A stretch of DNA of 64,000 nucleotides from Steroidobacteraceae bacterium (GCA_036267975.1 DATAVA010000026.1:8482-72481), one strand, 5' to 3'. Positions 54,118 to 64,000 are shown, numbered from the stretch's first letter. Notes: generated from the sequence alone by a model not told the origin. Numbers and translations: made by a program.

Positions 54118-56649
54118 ATGAATTCCCCGAACGACAGCATGGGTGCCTTGACCGAGCTTGCGCTGGATTTGCGCACCGCCTGGGACCATGGTGCGAATGA
54201 CCTGTGGCGCCACCTCGATGCGGATCTGTGGGAGTTCACGCACAATCCGTGGACGGTGCTGCAGACGGTGTCTGCGCAGAGCATCAGCAAGGCCCTGGAA
54301 GATCAGGCTTTTCGGGACGAGGTGGACAAAGTAGTGCGCAGCCGGCGCGCCGCGCTCGACGCTCCGGCCTGGTTCGACCAGCACCATTCGAACAGCGCAC
54401 TGAAGCAGGTGGCCTACTTCAGCATGGAATACATGCTGAGCGAGGCGCTGCCCATTTACTCCGGCGGCCTGGGAAATGTCGCGGGCGACCAGCTCAAGTC
54501 CGCCAGCGATCTGGGCGTGCCGGTGGTCGGCGTGGGACTGCTCTATCAACAAGGATACTTTCGCCAGCTCATCGACCGGGCCGGCGGTCAGCAGGCGCTG
54601 TTTCCGTACAATGCGCCGGACCAGTTGCCCATTACGCCGCTGCGCACGGCCGGTGGGGATTGGTTGCGTCTGCGCGTCGATCTGCCCGGCATATCGGTGT
54701 GGCTGCGGACCTGGCAGGCGCGCGTGGGACGCTGCCGGCTATTGTTGCTGGATAGCAATGATCCGGCCAATTTCCCGGCGTGGCGGGGCATCACCAACGA
54801 ACTGTACGGCGGGGGGCCGGAGCAGCGCCTGCGTCAGGAAATGATCCTGGGGATCGGGGGCTGGCGGCTGTTGAGCGCCCTGGGCATCGAGCCGCAGGTG
54901 TGCCATCTGAACGAGGGGCATGCGGCTCTCGCGGTGCTCGAGCGCGCTGGCGCGTACATGAAGCAGACGGGGCAGGACTTTGCGACGGCCCTGGCCACCA
55001 CGCGTGCCGGAAATCTCTTCACCACGCACACCGCGGTCGCGGCGGGCTTCGACCGCTTCGCGCCCGAACTCATCGACCAGTACTTGAGCCGCTATGCGAA
55101 AAGCCGCTTGGGCATCTCCACCGAACAACTGCTGGCGCTGGGTCGCGCCAACCCGCAGGACTGGTCGGAGAGCTTCAACATGGCATACCTCGCAATTCGC
55201 GGCAGTGGCGCGGTCAGTGGCGTCAGCCGCCTGCACGGTCAGGTGAGCCGGCAGATACTCGGCACGCTGTTCCCGCGCTGGGCCGAGGATGAAGTCCCGG
55301 TCGGGTACGTCACCAACGGGGTGCACATGCCGACCTGGGACTCCAGGATGGCCGAAGCGCTGTGGAACGGCGCGTGCGGGCCCGATTGCTGGCAGTCATT
55401 CGATGGCGCTGCTGCCGACGGCATCCGGCGCGTCGGCGATGCGGAGCTGTGGCGCTTTCGCAATGAAGCGCGCGCCGCCCTGATCGAGTGGGCGCGTAAT
55501 CATCTGTCGCGAACGTTATTGATTTCCGGTGAGAGCCTCGAAGTGGCGCAGAACGCCCGCAAGCTGCTCGACCCGAAGGTGCTGACCGTGGGGTTCGCGC
55601 GGCGCTTCGCGACCTACAAACGGCCGAACCTGCTGTTGCGCGACTCGGCGCGGCTGTTGCGATTGCTGTCCGATGCCGAGCGGCCCGTGCAGTTGATCAT
55701 TGCCGGCAAGGCCCATCCGGCGGATGAACCGGGACAGGCGCTCATCAGGCAGTGGCTGCAGTTCATACGTGGCACTGATGCGCGCAACCATGTCATTTTT
55801 CTGGCCGACTACGACATGGAAGTCGCGCAGCAGCTGGTGCACGGGGTGGATGTGTGGATCAACACGCCGCGGCGCCCCTGGGAGGCGTGTGGCACCAGCG
55901 GCATGAAGGTGCTGGTGAATGGTGGTTTGAACCTGTCGCAACTGGATGGCTGGTGGGCGGAAGCCTTCCGGCCGGAGCTCGGCTGGGCGATCGGTGATGC
56001 CCAGACGCACACGGACGAAACGGTATGGGACGACCGCGACGCGGGCGCCCTGTATGAACTGCTGGAGCGTGAGGTGGTTCCACAGTTCTACTCGCGCGAT
56101 GCGGCCGGTATTCCCGGCGCGTGGCTGGCGCGCATGCGCGCCAGCATGGCGCAGCTGACACCGCAGTTCTCGAGCAGTCGGGCCGTGCGCGAATACACCG
56201 AGCGTTACTACCTGCCGGCGGCGCAGGAGTGGCTGCGTCGCAGTGGCGATTCAGCCCAAGGCAAGGGCAATGGCGAGGGCGGCAGGCAGGTGCTGAAATG
56301 GCGCCAACTGCTGGACGGCGCCTGGAGCCAGCTGCGCTTCGAGAAACTGGACGTGTCCTCCACGGTCGGCGGACTTGCCTTCGATGCGCAGGTGCAGCTG
56401 GCGGGACTGGCACCCACCGACGTGGCGGTGCAGGTATACGCCAATGGTGTCGACGGGGCTGCCCCGCGGGTGTATGACATGACGTTGCAGAGCCCGCCTC
56501 CCACGGGTGGGAATTCCGGCGGGAGCAGGGCGTATCGGGTGGTGGTGCCGGCGAACCGGCCCATCACCGACTACACTGCCCGGGTGATACCGCGCCTGGC
56601 GGGCGCCGCTGTGCCACTGGAGGCAAATCATATTCTGTGGCAGCGGTAG
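54118..56649 (+). CDS. glgP: Alpha-glucan phosphorylase family protein
   Basis: 843 aa. VAYFSMEY...PIYSGGLGNVAGD, FTTHT, FARRFATYKR, GTSGMK. Confidence 0.9.
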   Translation: MNSPNDSMGALTELALDLRTAWDHGANDLWRHLDADLWEFTHNPWTVLQTVSAQSISKALEDQAFRDEVDKVVRSRRAALDAPAWFDQHHSNSALKQVAYFSMEYMLSEALPIYSGGLGNVAGDQLKSASDLGVPVVGVGLLYQQGYFRQLIDRAGGQQALFPYNAPDQLPITPLRTAGGDWLRLRVDLPGISVWLRTWQARVGRCRLLLLDSNDPANFPAWRGITNELYGGGPEQRLRQEMILGIGGWRLLSALGIEPQVCHLNEGHAALAVLERAGAYMKQTGQDFATALATTRAGNLFTTHTAVAAGFDRFAPELIDQYLSRYAKSRLGISTEQLLALGRANPQDWSESFNMAYLAIRGSGAVSGVSRLHGQVSRQILGTLFPRWAEDEVPVGYVTNGVHMPTWDSRMAEALWNGACGPDCWQSFDGAAADGIRRVGDAELWRFRNEARAALIEWARNHLSRTLLISGESLEVAQNARKLLDPKVLTVGFARRFATYKRPNLLLRDSARLLRLLSDAERPVQLIIAGKAHPADEPGQALIRQWLQFIRGTDARNHVIFLADYDMEVAQQLVHGVDVWINTPRRPWEACGTSGMKVLVNGGLNLSQLDGWWAEAFRPELGWAIGDAQTHTDETVWDDRDAGALYELLEREVVPQFYSRDAAGIPGAWLARMRASMAQLTPQFSSSRAVREYTERYYLPAAQEWLRRSGDSAQGKGNGEGGRQVLKWRQLLDGAWSQLRFEKLDVSSTVGGLAFDAQVQLAGLAPTDVAVQVYANGVDGAAPRVYDMTLQSPPPTGGNSGGSRAYRVVVPANRPITDYTARVIPRLAGAAVPLEANHILWQR

Positions 56650-56691
56650 GCTGCGCGGGAACGAACCGGAACTTTTTACGGAGTGATCAAT

Positions 56692-57792
56692 ATGGCGACC
56701 GAAAGCACGCGCTCCGACGCGCCGCGCAAGCTGAATGAGTTGGGACAGAGCCTGTGGCTGGACAACATCACCCGCGACATGCTGAATAACGGCACCCTGG
56801 CGCGCTACATCAACTCCGGATTGTCCATCACGGGGTTGACTTCCAACCCGACGATCTTTGATCACGCGATCAGCAAGAGTGCCGCCTACGATGCCGACGT
56901 GAGTTCGCTGGCCGCCAAGGGCGCGGCGGTCGAGGACCTGTTCTTCGAGCTGGCAATTGCGGACCTGACCCGCGCTGCGGACCTGTTCAAGCCGGTGTAC
57001 GACTTTACGGCCACCGTCGATGGCTGGGTATCGCTGGAGGTCTCCCCATTACTGGCCTACGACACCAAGGCGACGCTCGCGGCGGCGCGCAAACTGCACG
57101 CGAAGGCGGCCCGCCCGAATCTCTTCATCAAGATTCCGGGCACCCGCGAGGGCATCCCCGCCATCGAGGAGTCCATCTTCCAGGGCGTACCCATCAACGT
57201 GACGCTGCTGTTCTCGACCGAGCAATACCAGGCCGCCGCTGAAGCCTATCTGCGCGGCCTGGAGCGGCGCGTGGCCGCCGGCCTGAGCCCCGATGTGCGC
57301 TCGGTGGCCTCACTGTTCGTCAGCCGCTGGGACAAGGCAACGATGGAGAGCCTGCCCGCGAACCTGCGCAATACCCTCGGGATTGCCGTGGGGCAGCAGT
57401 GCTTCCGCGCCTACCGGCAGCTGCTCGCAACCGATCGCTGGCAGCGACTGGCGAACCTGGGTGCCCGGCCCCAGCGGCTGCTGTTTGCCAGTACCGGAGT
57501 GAAGGATCCGTCCGCGCCGGACACGCTGTATGTCACGGCACTCGCGGCCCCGAATACCGTGGACACCATGCCCGAGGAAACGCTGCTCGCGCTGGCGGAT
57601 CATGGAACCTTGAAAGGGACGCTGGCACCCGACGGCGGCAACTGCGAGCAGGCACTGGCGGCCATCAAGGCAGCGGGAGTCGACCTGGTGGCCCTGGCGG
57701 CGAAACTTCAGACCGATGGCGCCGAGTCCTTCAACGCCTCCTGGAAGAATCTCCTCAAATCCATTGAGACGAAGAGCAAGGCGCTGAAGTAG
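56692..57792 (+). CDS. tal: Transaldolase (long form)
   Basis: LGQSLWLDNITR, GLTSNPTIF, FIKIPGTREG. ATG 56692 lies behind GGAG. Confidence 0.9.
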   Translation: MATESTRSDAPRKLNELGQSLWLDNITRDMLNNGTLARYINSGLSITGLTSNPTIFDHAISKSAAYDADVSSLAAKGAAVEDLFFELAIADLTRAADLFKPVYDFTATVDGWVSLEVSPLLAYDTKATLAAARKLHAKAARPNLFIKIPGTREGIPAIEESIFQGVPINVTLLFSTEQYQAAAEAYLRGLERRVAAGLSPDVRSVASLFVSRWDKATMESLPANLRNTLGIAVGQQCFRAYRQLLATDRWQRLANLGARPQRLLFASTGVKDPSAPDTLYVTALAAPNTVDTMPEETLLALADHGTLKGTLAPDGGNCEQALAAIKAAGVDLVALAAKLQTDGAESFNASWKNLLKSIETKSKALK

Positions 57793-57805
57793 CCGCGCCG
57801 CGTCG

Positions 57806-58756
57806 ATGCAGCTCGCGCAACACGGCCTCGCGTTCCTGTCGCTCGCCATCTTCCTGCAGGCGATCGGTCTGCCGATCCCGGGTGCTGTCGCGCTGATTCT
57901 GGCGGCCGCGCAGGCTGCCACCGGGCACGTGTCCGGCATCGCCGTCGTCGGCAGCGCGCTGCTTGCCATGCTCGCAGGCGATGCCGTGATGTTCCTGCTG
58001 GGGCGTCGCACGGGCTGGTGGCTGCTCGGCACCCTGTGCCGCATTTCCCTGAACCCGGAATCCTGCGTCGTCACCTCCGCGGATACTTTCCATCGTCGCG
58101 GCCGCCCGCTGCTGGTGGTCGCGAAATTCCTGCCCGGCATCAATACCATGGCGCCGCCGCTCGCGGGCAGCATGCAGATGGGCTGGTGGTCCTTCCTGGG
58201 GCTGGACACGGCCGGCTGCGCGCTCTACATCGGTGCCTACTTCGTACTCGGATACCTGTGCAGTGGCGCGGTGACGCAGGTCATTCGGTTTTACGAGCGC
58301 TTCGGCCACCTCACCACGGCGGTGGTGCTGATCCTGCTGACCGCTTACGGCCTGTGGCTGTTATGGGGCAGTTTGCGGGCGCGCCGGCTGGGACGCGCGG
58401 TGCCGCATGCGCCCGCCGCCATCGTGGCCCGGGAACTGAAGTCTGGGGAAGCCCTCGTGTTCGACGTGCGCAGTCATGGTTACTTTGATTCCGGCGCGGT
58501 ACGCATTCCGGGATCGCGGCGGGTCGATCCCAACGCCCTGCGCGCGAGCCTCAGTGAGTTTGCGCAGGATCGGCAGATCTACCTGTACTGCACCTGTGCG
58601 CGCCAGGCCACCAGCGTGCGCGTCGCGCGCGAGCTGCTGAAGCTCGGACTGCGGGTCGCGGTGATCGACGGCGGCCTGCGCGGCTGGCGCAGCGCCGGAC
58701 TGGCGGTGGAGACGGTACCGCCCGAGGAGCTGGCGGCGCTGCCACTGTTCAGCTAG
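57806..58756 (+). CDS. DedA/VTT-family membrane protein fused to a C-terminal rhodanese-like domain
   Basis: 316 aa. N-terminal IFLQAIGLPIPG...VVAKFLPGINTMAPPLAG. C-terminal VFDVRS...IYLYCTCARQATSVRVARELLKLG..V.VIDGGLRGW. Confidence 0.8.
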   Translation: MQLAQHGLAFLSLAIFLQAIGLPIPGAVALILAAAQAATGHVSGIAVVGSALLAMLAGDAVMFLLGRRTGWWLLGTLCRISLNPESCVVTSADTFHRRGRPLLVVAKFLPGINTMAPPLAGSMQMGWWSFLGLDTAGCALYIGAYFVLGYLCSGAVTQVIRFYERFGHLTTAVVLILLTAYGLWLLWGSLRARRLGRAVPHAPAAIVARELKSGEALVFDVRSHGYFDSGAVRIPGSRRVDPNALRASLSEFAQDRQIYLYCTCARQATSVRVARELLKLGLRVAVIDGGLRGWRSAGLAVETVPPEELAALPLFS

Positions 58757-59955
58757 GCGGTCGCGACCGCGGCTGGCCGGCGATTGCGCAGCGTGATGCG
58801 TCCAAACGTCATGCACAGCACTGCGCACACGGTGATGCCGGCGACCATCGGCAGCGGTGCGCCATTGGCAAAGGTGCCCGAAAACGCCATGACCACGGAT
58901 CCTAAGCCAAATTGCAGGGTGCCGATCAGGGACGAGGCCGTGCCGGCTATGGCGCCGTGATCATCCAATGCCAGGATGGTGGCGGTAGGCACCGTCATTC
59001 CCAAACACGCGTACGCGCAGCACAGCAGCGCGACCAGCACCACCAGATTATCGACGCCCGCCGCAAACACGCCCAGCAGCAGCACCATGGCCATCGCGAA
59101 GCCGGTGGAAGCACGGCGCACGAGTGTCTTCAGACCCACGCGCATGGCCAGCCTGCCGTTGAACTGCGCGGCCACGAAGAACGAGGCGGCGTTGACGGAG
59201 AACAGCAGGCTGAAGCCGCGCGGGCTCAGGTGGTAGTGCTCGATCATCACATAGGGTGAATTCGACAGGTACAGGAAGAAGCTTGCCATGCCGCAGGTGC
59301 CGATCAGCACCGTGCCCATGAAGTGCCGGTCAGCCAGCAGCCGTCGATACGAATGGAACGCGCTGACCAGGCTGCTGTCGGCGCGCGCCGCAACGGGACG
59401 CGATTCCTTGAGCGTGGTCAGAATGCCGAAGCCGATGACGGCCGCGCCCAGCACCATCCAGAACACGCCGCGCCAGCCGGCGACTTGGATGACGAAGCTG
59501 CCGGTCAGCGGGGCCAGCAGCGGCGAGATGCTGAACACCAGCATCAGCAGCGACATCAGCCGTGTGGCCTCGACGCCCGAATGCAGATCGCGCACGACCG
59601 CCCGCGGGATCACCATGCCACCGCAGGCGCCCAGGCCCTGCACAAATCGGCCGAGCAGGAACAGCTCCGCGTTCGGCGCCAGCGCGCAGGTGACGCTGCC
59701 GATGCAGAACAGCGTCAGCCCGACATACAGCGGCAGCTTGCGGCCGTACATATCCGACAGGGGGCCATACAGCAACTGCCCGCCACCGACGGCGATGAAG
59801 AACACCGTCAGACTCAGCTGCACAGTGGCGGCGTTCGCATGCAGGCTCGTGCCGATGGAGGGCAGGGCCGGCAGGTACATGTCGATGGCAAAAGGGCCGA
59901 TTGCCGAGAGCAGCCCTAAAATAATCCCGTGCCGTAAGTAACTCTTGTCCATCAT
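58753..59955 (-). CDS. MFS drug-resistance transporter, Bcr/CflA subfamily
   Basis: LLSAIGPFAIDMYLPALPSIG, DMYGRKLPL, 12 TMS. ATG 59955 or 59952 is preferred over the TTG at 59967. Confidence 0.88.
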   Translation of the reverse strand: MMDKSYLRHGIILGLLSAIGPFAIDMYLPALPSIGTSLHANAATVQLSLTVFFIAVGGGQLLYGPLSDMYGRKLPLYVGLTLFCIGSVTCALAPNAELFLLGRFVQGLGACGGMVIPRAVVRDLHSGVEATRLMSLLMLVFSISPLLAPLTGSFVIQVAGWRGVFWMVLGAAVIGFGILTTLKESRPVAARADSSLVSAFHSYRRLLADRHFMGTVLIGTCGMASFFLYLSNSPYVMIEHYHLSPRGFSLLFSVNAASFFVAAQFNGRLAMRVGLKTLVRRASTGFAMAMVLLLGVFAAGVDNLVVLVALLCCAYACLGMTVPTATILALDDHGAIAGTASSLIGTLQFGLGSVVMAFSGTFANGAPLPMVAGITVCAVLCMTFGRITLRNRRPAAVATA

Positions 59956-60194
59956 AAAAACGTCCAAAACGCCCGCGGGCGCCGTAGTCGGCGCGCCGGG
60001 GCCGGAATATCAAGGAGTGGGTCGGCTAGGGTTCAGGAGAGACAGGCTCGCCTGCGCGCCAAAGACTTCAGCACGGCTGCCCCAAAGTAGGACAAACCCG
60101 CATCCACGCACTGCTGCCGCAAATGCGACAATCCCCTAAATGTTCGCCTGCGCGGCGCCGCCGCGCAAGTGAAAACTCACGGGAGTGCAAGCAG

Positions 60195-61865
60195 ATGACA
60201 ATAAGTCCGATGGCCGGCAAGCCGGCACCCGCGTCCATGCTGGTGAACGTGCCGCGACTGGTGTGTGCGTATTACGCAGATGCACCCGATCCAACAGTGC
60301 CTGACCAGAAAGTGGCATTCGGCACTTCCGGACACCGAGGCAGCAGCTTCCAGCGCTCGTTCAACGAGGCGCATATCCTGGCGATCACGCAGGCCATCGT
60401 TCTGTACCGGACCCAGCAGGGGATCAGCGGCCCGCTGTTTCTGGGCATGGACACGCACGCGTTGTCCGAGCCGGCCTTCATCAGCGCACTGGAAGTGCTC
60501 GGCGCCAATGCCGTGACGGTCATGGTGCCGGATGAGCATACCGACTACACCCCGACACCGGTCATCTCCCATGCCATCCTGACCTACAACCGCGGCCGCA
60601 CCGCGGCCCTGGCCGATGGCATCGTGATCACCCCGTCGCACAATCCGCCCGACAGTGGTGGCTTCAAATACAACCCGCCAAACGGCGGCCCCGCCGACAC
60701 GGCCGTGACATCGTGGATCGAAAACAAGGCCAACGAACTTTTGGGCAAGCAACTCGAGGGCGTGCGGCGCGTGCCTTATCATCAGGCCCGCAAGCTTGCG
60801 ACGACGCGCAAGCACGATTATCTGCACAGCTACGTCGATGACCTGCCATCGGTGCTGGATCTGGATGCGATCCGCGCGTCGGGGGTGCACATGGGAGTGG
60901 ATCCGCTGGGCGGCGCGGGCGTGCATTACTGGCCACTGATCGCCGATCAGTACAAGCTGGATCTGACCATCACCAACGATGCGGTCGATCCAACCTTCCG
61001 TTTCATGACGCTGGACTGGGACGGCAAAATCCGGATGGATCCCTCCTCGCCCAACGCCATGCAGCGCCTGATCGGTTTGAAGGAGCGATTCGACATCGCC
61101 TTCGCCTGCGACACGGACCACGACCGTCACGGCGTGGTCACGCGCAGCGCCGGACTGATGCCGCCGAATCACTACCTGACCGCGGTGGCGCATTACCTGT
61201 TTTCGAACCGCCCCCACTGGAACGGCAAGGCCACGATCGCGAAAACCGTTGTCACCAGCATGATGCTGGACAAGGTCGCCGCGCAGCTGGGACGCAAAAT
61301 CTATGAGACGCCAGTGGGCTTCAAATGGTTTGTCGACGGTCTGGTCGAGGGCTCGCTGGGTTTCGTGTGCGAAGAGAGCGCGGGAGCTTCGTTGCTGCGA
61401 CGCGATGGCAGCGTGTGGACCACCGACAAGGACGGCATTGCCCTAGGCCTGCTCGCCGGTGAGATCACGGCGCGCGGCGGTAGGGATCCTTCCCAGCAGT
61501 ACCACGAGCTCACCCAGGCCTTCGGCAATCCGGCCTACGAACGTGTCGATGCACCGGCCGATGCCGCCCAGCGCAAGGCACTGTCGAAGCTGTCCGGTGA
61601 GCAGGTGAAGAGCGCCACGCTGGCGGGCGAAAAGATCGACGCGGTACTCACCCGGGCGCCGGGCAATGATGCCGCCATCGGTGGTGTCAAGGTCGTCACG
61701 GCCAGCGGCTGGTTCGCCGCCCGCCCCTCCGGTACCGAGAGCATCTATAAGATCTACGCCGAAAGCATGCGCGGCCCCGAGCATCTGCAGCAAATCTTTG
61801 CCGAGGCGCAGCAGATCGTGGGCGCGGCGCTCGGCTCGGTCGGCAAGGACCAAAGCGCGGTCTAG
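60195..61865 (+). CDS. pgm: Phosphoglucomutase, alpha-D-glucose phosphate-specific
   Basis: ATG 60195. FGTSGHRG, ITPSHNPPDSGGFKYN, GVDPLGGA, CDTDHDRHG, CEESAGAS. Confidence 0.95.
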   Translation: MTISPMAGKPAPASMLVNVPRLVCAYYADAPDPTVPDQKVAFGTSGHRGSSFQRSFNEAHILAITQAIVLYRTQQGISGPLFLGMDTHALSEPAFISALEVLGANAVTVMVPDEHTDYTPTPVISHAILTYNRGRTAALADGIVITPSHNPPDSGGFKYNPPNGGPADTAVTSWIENKANELLGKQLEGVRRVPYHQARKLATTRKHDYLHSYVDDLPSVLDLDAIRASGVHMGVDPLGGAGVHYWPLIADQYKLDLTITNDAVDPTFRFMTLDWDGKIRMDPSSPNAMQRLIGLKERFDIAFACDTDHDRHGVVTRSAGLMPPNHYLTAVAHYLFSNRPHWNGKATIAKTVVTSMMLDKVAAQLGRKIYETPVGFKWFVDGLVEGSLGFVCEESAGASLLRRDGSVWTTDKDGIALGLLAGEITARGGRDPSQQYHELTQAFGNPAYERVDAPADAAQRKALSKLSGEQVKSATLAGEKIDAVLTRAPGNDAAIGGVKVVTASGWFAARPSGTESIYKIYAESMRGPEHLQQIFAEAQQIVGAALGSVGKDQSAV

Positions 61866-61899
61866 GGACAAGCAGCCCCGGCTGGTATACTGCAGCCGT

Positions 61900-62075
61900 T
61901 AGTAAACGCTCAGGGTTCCCCGCAAGGGGATTTGAATGGGAACGCGGTGCGATGCCGCGGCTGCCCCCGCAACTGTAACCGGCGAGTAATCGTCCTTGAC
62001 TGCCACTGGGCCTCGCGGCTTCGGGAAGGCGGACGAGCACTGTGACCCGGGAGTCAGGAGACCAGCCCTGTGCCG
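61900..62075 (+). promoter_or_regulatory. Cobalamin riboswitch
   Basis: GGTTCCCCGCAAGGGGA..TGAATGGGAACGCGGTG..GCCGCGGCTGCCCCCGCAACTGTAA..GCCACTGGG..GGGAAGGC..GAGTCAGGAGACCAGCC (B12 box 62052-62067), immediately upstream of btuB. Confidence 0.9.
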
Positions 62076-62161
62076 TCGTCCATGCTTTTGGCCGGGGTGT
62101 GTCATGAGCTGCGGGTAATCCGCTGCGACGACTTTGTTGTGTCGTTGTTGCGGAGAATGTT

Positions 62162-64000
62162 GTGCCCAAGATTTCAATGGCTGCCGCCCTCGGCGCGGTC
62201 TGCCTGACCCTATTCATTCAATCAGTCCGTGCGGATGACAGTTCGATCTCGGATGAACGGCTCCAGGATGTGATTGTCTCGGCCACGCGCATTGCGACGC
62301 CGGCAGCGCAGATCGGCAGCAGTGTCACCGTGATCACGGCCGCGGATATCGCGGCCGAACAGCTGCGCACCGTGAGCGATGTCCTGCAGCTCGTGCCTGG
62401 ACTGAATGTCGTGCAATCCGGCGGACCCGGCGGCCAAACCTCGATCTTCATGCGCGGCACGAATTCGAATCACACCAAGGTGCTGATTGACGGCATCGAC
62501 GTCAGTGATCCGAGCAATGCCGGCGCGTCGTTCGATTTCGGACAGTTGCTGGCTTCGGACATCGAACGCATCGAGGTCCTGCGCGGCCCGCAAAGCGGAC
62601 TGTATGGATCCGACGCCATTGGCGGCGTCATCAGCATCACCACGCGTGCGGGTCAAGGTCCGCTCACTGTCGCCGGCAGCGTCGAAGGCGGCACCTTCCG
62701 TACTAGCAACGAAACTCTGGCGCTGAGCGGCTCCGCCGACCAGTTTCAGTACGCTGCCAATGTCGAGCATCTGCATGCGGGTTCAACGCCCGTCACGCCG
62801 CTGGATCTGCTGCAGCCCGGCGAGGCGCGCGCTGACGACTACGAGGACAATGTCACGCTCTCCACCCGGCTCGGGCTTGCGGTGACGTCGGGATTGGACG
62901 TGAACCTGGTGAGCCGTTTCACCGACGCGCACTACGCCTTCACCGGCGATGATCCCTTCGCCTTTCCGAGCTTTCCGGCGGCCCAGCCGAGCAAGAGCGA
63001 TACTTCGCAGAACTACTCGCGACTGAGTGGCCACCTGGTCAGCTTTGATGGGGCTTTGGATCAGACGCTCGGTGTGGCCTATTCCAGTGCCTGGACCTTG
63101 AACCTGGATCCGAATTTCGGCGCTTCGGTGAATACCGGCGATCGCCTGAAGGTCGACTGGCAGGGCGCAGTGCGGCTTTCAAATGATGAGACCCTGGTAC
63201 TGGATGCGGAGCATGCGCGCGATGCCGTCCACGAGCCGATCAGTGCCGCCGTCAGCGACGCGGCGGGCGCGGTGGAACTGCAATCGCACCTCGCACCACA
63301 GCTCAGTTCGGCACTGAACGTGCGTTACGACGACAACAGCCGGTTTGGCAGCAAGGTAACCTGGCGGTTCGCGCCGACGTATGCGATTGCGGCAACCGAC
63401 ACGCGCTTCACGGCCAGCACCGGTTCGGGCTTCAAGGCGCCCACGCTCGGTGAGCTCTACCAGAATTTCCCGCCGTACTTTTTTGCGAACCCCAATTTGA
63501 AACCGGAGACCAGCACCGGCTACGACTTCGGCATCGAGCAGGAGTTATTTGACCGGTCCGCGCAGCTCGGCGCCACCTGGTTCCGCAACGATATCCGCGA
63601 TCTCATCACAACAGATGTGACTGGCTCGACATACGCCAACGTCGGCCGCGCACTCACCCGCGGCGTGGAGAGCTTCATCGCCTGGCAGCCCTTGCAAGCC
63701 TTGCATCTGCGGGCTGATTACACCTTCACGCAGGCCGATGATGAGGTACTGCACGAGGAGCTGCTGCGTCGTCCCAGGCATAAGGCAACGTTGAACGCCG
63801 CATGGCAGTTGAATGACAGCTTAGCGCTGGACACCACGGTGCTGTATGTGGGCAGCTGGATCGACGGTAATCGTGATTTCTCGATTCCGCGGCTGACGGC
63901 ACCCGCCTATGCGACGGTGAACATGGCCGTAAATTACGCGCTGCGCCCGCGATTGACCCTGTTCGGTCGCATCGACAACCTGTTCGACCGCCACTATCAG
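62162..64000 (+). CDS. btuB: TonB-dependent vitamin B12 receptor (3' end beyond window)
   Basis: Not in ORF track because it is open to the window end. GTG 62162 lies 6 nt after GGAG. MPKISMAAALGAVCLTLFIQSVRA, TonB box/plug DVIVSATRIATP...VTVITAADI...IFMRGTNSNHTKVLIDGIDV. In frame through ...LFGRIDNLFDRHYQ at 64000. Confidence 0.88.
   Translation, partial: MPKISMAAALGAVCLTLFIQSVRADDSSISDERLQDVIVSATRIATPAAQIGSSVTVITAADIAAEQLRTVSDVLQLVPGLNVVQSGGPGGQTSIFMRGTNSNHTKVLIDGIDVSDPSNAGASFDFGQLLASDIERIEVLRGPQSGLYGSDAIGGVISITTRAGQGPLTVAGSVEGGTFRTSNETLALSGSADQFQYAANVEHLHAGSTPVTPLDLLQPGEARADDYEDNVTLSTRLGLAVTSGLDVNLVSRFTDAHYAFTGDDPFAFPSFPAAQPSKSDTSQNYSRLSGHLVSFDGALDQTLGVAYSSAWTLNLDPNFGASVNTGDRLKVDWQGAVRLSNDETLVLDAEHARDAVHEPISAAVSDAAGAVELQSHLAPQLSSALNVRYDDNSRFGSKVTWRFAPTYAIAATDTRFTASTGSGFKAPTLGELYQNFPPYFFANPNLKPETSTGYDFGIEQELFDRSAQLGATWFRNDIRDLITTDVTGSTYANVGRALTRGVESFIAWQPLQALHLRADYTFTQADDEVLHEELLRRPRHKATLNAAWQLNDSLALDTTVLYVGSWIDGNRDFSIPRLTAPAYATVNMAVNYALRPRLTLFGRIDNLFDRHYQ

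Noticed and set aside
60026-60102. ykkC-like fragments upstream of pgm (CTAGGGTTC, GAGAG, CACGGC, GGACAAACCCG)
   Set aside because: It lacks the P1a hairpin, the GGUCCGAGAG block and the AAAAGCCCGGGAGA 3' element. It has no sensible helices, and the downstream gene (pgm) has no link to guanidine. Most likely chance similarity or a decayed relic.
1-64000. Search for CRISPR arrays, tandem or dispersed repeats, IS elements, integrases, phage or defence genes, tRNA and rRNA
   Set aside because: I noticed no regularly spaced direct repeats, no transposase, integrase or nuclease-helicase type ORFs, and no tRNA-like cloverleaf sequences. The only duplicated unit found is the diverged A-B gene pair, which is reported as a finding.

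Overview
GC-rich proteobacterial chromosomal segment, densely coding, with about 50 protein genes and no rRNA, tRNA, CRISPR array, transposase or integrase that I could recognise. All domain and family names come from my reading of the translated ORFs and raw sequence. No database search or covariance model was run.

Gene content, left to right:
- A periplasmic redox cluster: a PQQ quinohemoprotein with an N-terminal cytochrome c domain, a DUF1592/DUF1552 pair, DUF6152 and a secreted ankyrin protein. It is bracketed by two copies of an uncharacterised, translationally coupled two-gene module.
- An isochorismatase-family gene, an MFS transporter and small secreted proteins.
- An EmrAB-OMF efflux operon with a divergent TetR-FAH pair.
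- YbjQ, then a type II quinohemoprotein alcohol dehydrogenase.
- An NsrR-like Rrf2 regulator coupled to a secreted CxxCH protein, with OsmC, a YVTN beta-propeller, a diheme cytochrome and a TonB-dependent receptor nearby.
- ppc.
- A second TonB-dependent receptor preceded by what reads as a complete guanidine-I (ykkC) riboswitch.
- A urea/guanidine carboxylase operon: a NikR-fold regulator, two DUF1989 genes, the carboxylase, allophanate hydrolase, a NitT/TauT ABC importer and a trailing TPR-sulfotransferase.
- mmsA, a RutE-like reductase, glgP, tal and pgm.
- A cobalamin riboswitch followed by btuB, which runs off the right edge.

Most noteworthy:
1. The ykkC aptamer sits in front of a TonB-dependent receptor rather than any of its usual targets.
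2. The neighbouring carboxylase operon has no riboswitch. It is led by a NikR-like regulator that appears to lack the nickel ligands and has a perfect GTATTA-N16-TAATAC operator-like palindrome.
3. A consensus NsrR box lies upstream of an nsrR-like gene whose stop overlaps the start of an unknown secreted heme-motif protein.
4. The A-B gene module is duplicated.
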